Source of the DNA: Malacoraja senta
Taxonomy: Eukaryota
Direction of reading: 5' to 3'
DNA: 60,000 bases
Assembly (NCBI GenBank): GCA_038087875.1
Contig: CM075989.1
Span: 15,750,001-15,810,000, forward strand
The notes below the pieces were generated by a model, which was given only the letters and a program-made list of their open reading frames with translations, was not told the DNA's origin and did no database searches. Below are positions 59,145 through 60,000 of the stretch, piece by piece; positions within the stretch are counted from its first letter, which is position 1; each line of letters starts with the position of its first letter. A program made the position numbers and the translations under genes.

Positions 59145-59196
59145 TTTCGGGTTACGGGCCGGATCCGGCCCCTGGGCCGTAGGTTGCCGACCCCTG
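59145..59196. mobile_element. Solitary hAT/Charlie-type MITE end
   Basis: GGGCCGGATCCGGCCC...GTTGCCGACCCCTG (reverse complement CAGGGGTCGGCAAC); no partner TIR seen nearby. Confidence 0.45.
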
Positions 59197-59629
59197 CTTT
59201 AGAATGACAACTTTCTTTTATGCAGTACCTGTAGTAGAACAGAAATGCTCCAATAACTGTAAAAGGTTTCAAAGCACTTCAGAAAAAGGTTAACAAACAA
59301 AATCTGGAACACATCCATGGAAGGAGATTCTAGGACAGGTGAACAAAATATTGATCAGAGAGGTGGTTTTAAAGAATCTGAAAACTGAAGGCTTAGGCCC
59401 AGGCTACATTTCACCAGATTATGATACTTTCGAAGTAAAGATTATCAAAATTGCGTGACAATAACCTCTGATCAATAACTTTAATGAAAGAGTTTGACTA
59501 TTCGCAAAAGATGAAACCATATTCAGGATTCACAGTGAACTTTCTATTAAAATCATCGACAAGAACAATAATTTAATGCTTGATATCTTTGTTATCTAAC
59601 AGGTTTAATGGAACATTTGACTTTGGTTC

Positions 59630-60000
59630 AACATTTTTTATTTTTCATGTGAGAATAAGTCCTGGAGCGACGTTTCCCTGAGGGGACCTGGCCAGAACAT
59701 CGGCTTTGGCGGCGGCGCAGAACATCGGCTTTGGCGGCGGTGCAGCGCTGGAGTGCTGTCGTGGAGCGGGCGATGCTTTTCCTGGGTCGCCGCGTTGGAA
59801 CTCCAGTATGCTGGGACCGCCGATGAGAACATCGTGGAGCAGCGGTTCTGTGGAGCGGCCAGCTGCGACGCTGAACGGTACATCCCGGAGCCTGGGATCT
59901 CTCGCTGAGATTGCCAGTGTGTGGAGCTCCGTCCGGCGCGGTCTGTTGTCTTCGGTGGGAAGGTGGTCGTTCCTGGTACCCCAAGCCGCTGGGATTCTCC
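59630..60000 (+). mobile_element. Start of another CpG-rich repeat, truncated by the window end
   Basis: Abrupt CpG enrichment, tandem CAGAACATCGGCTTTGGCGGCGG x2, and AACATCG motifs like those in 2354-3183. Confidence 0.4.

Overview
Vertebrate non-coding DNA that is dense in repeats. HE1/V-SINEs and HER1/CR1 LINE tails point to a cartilaginous fish such as a skate or ray (inference). No host protein-coding gene could be recognised; nearly all short ORFs in the track come from repeats or microsatellites. The only intact coding unit is a young full-length Gypsy (Mag-like) LTR retrotransposon at 46933-51528 (- strand). It has 227-bp LTRs differing at 1 nt, a tRNA-Leu PBS, a PPT, a 5-bp TSD and a single 1311-aa gag-pol ORF. 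Other elements: a non-autonomous hAT (149-1170), a non-autonomous Helitron with a G-rich minisatellite (42890-43913), CR1 and Rex1/Babar LINE remnants, HE1 and Deu-domain SINEs, and CpG-rich non-autonomous retroelements. There are also more than 20 copies of a short, often palindromic Penelope-derived module carrying a minimal hammerhead-ribozyme-like core (CTGAAGA-A-stemII-GAAACGTH). One such insertion appears to have captured a ~99-bp copy of neighbouring genomic DNA. Boundaries of degenerate repeats are approximate, and family names come from recalled consensus motifs, not from searches.
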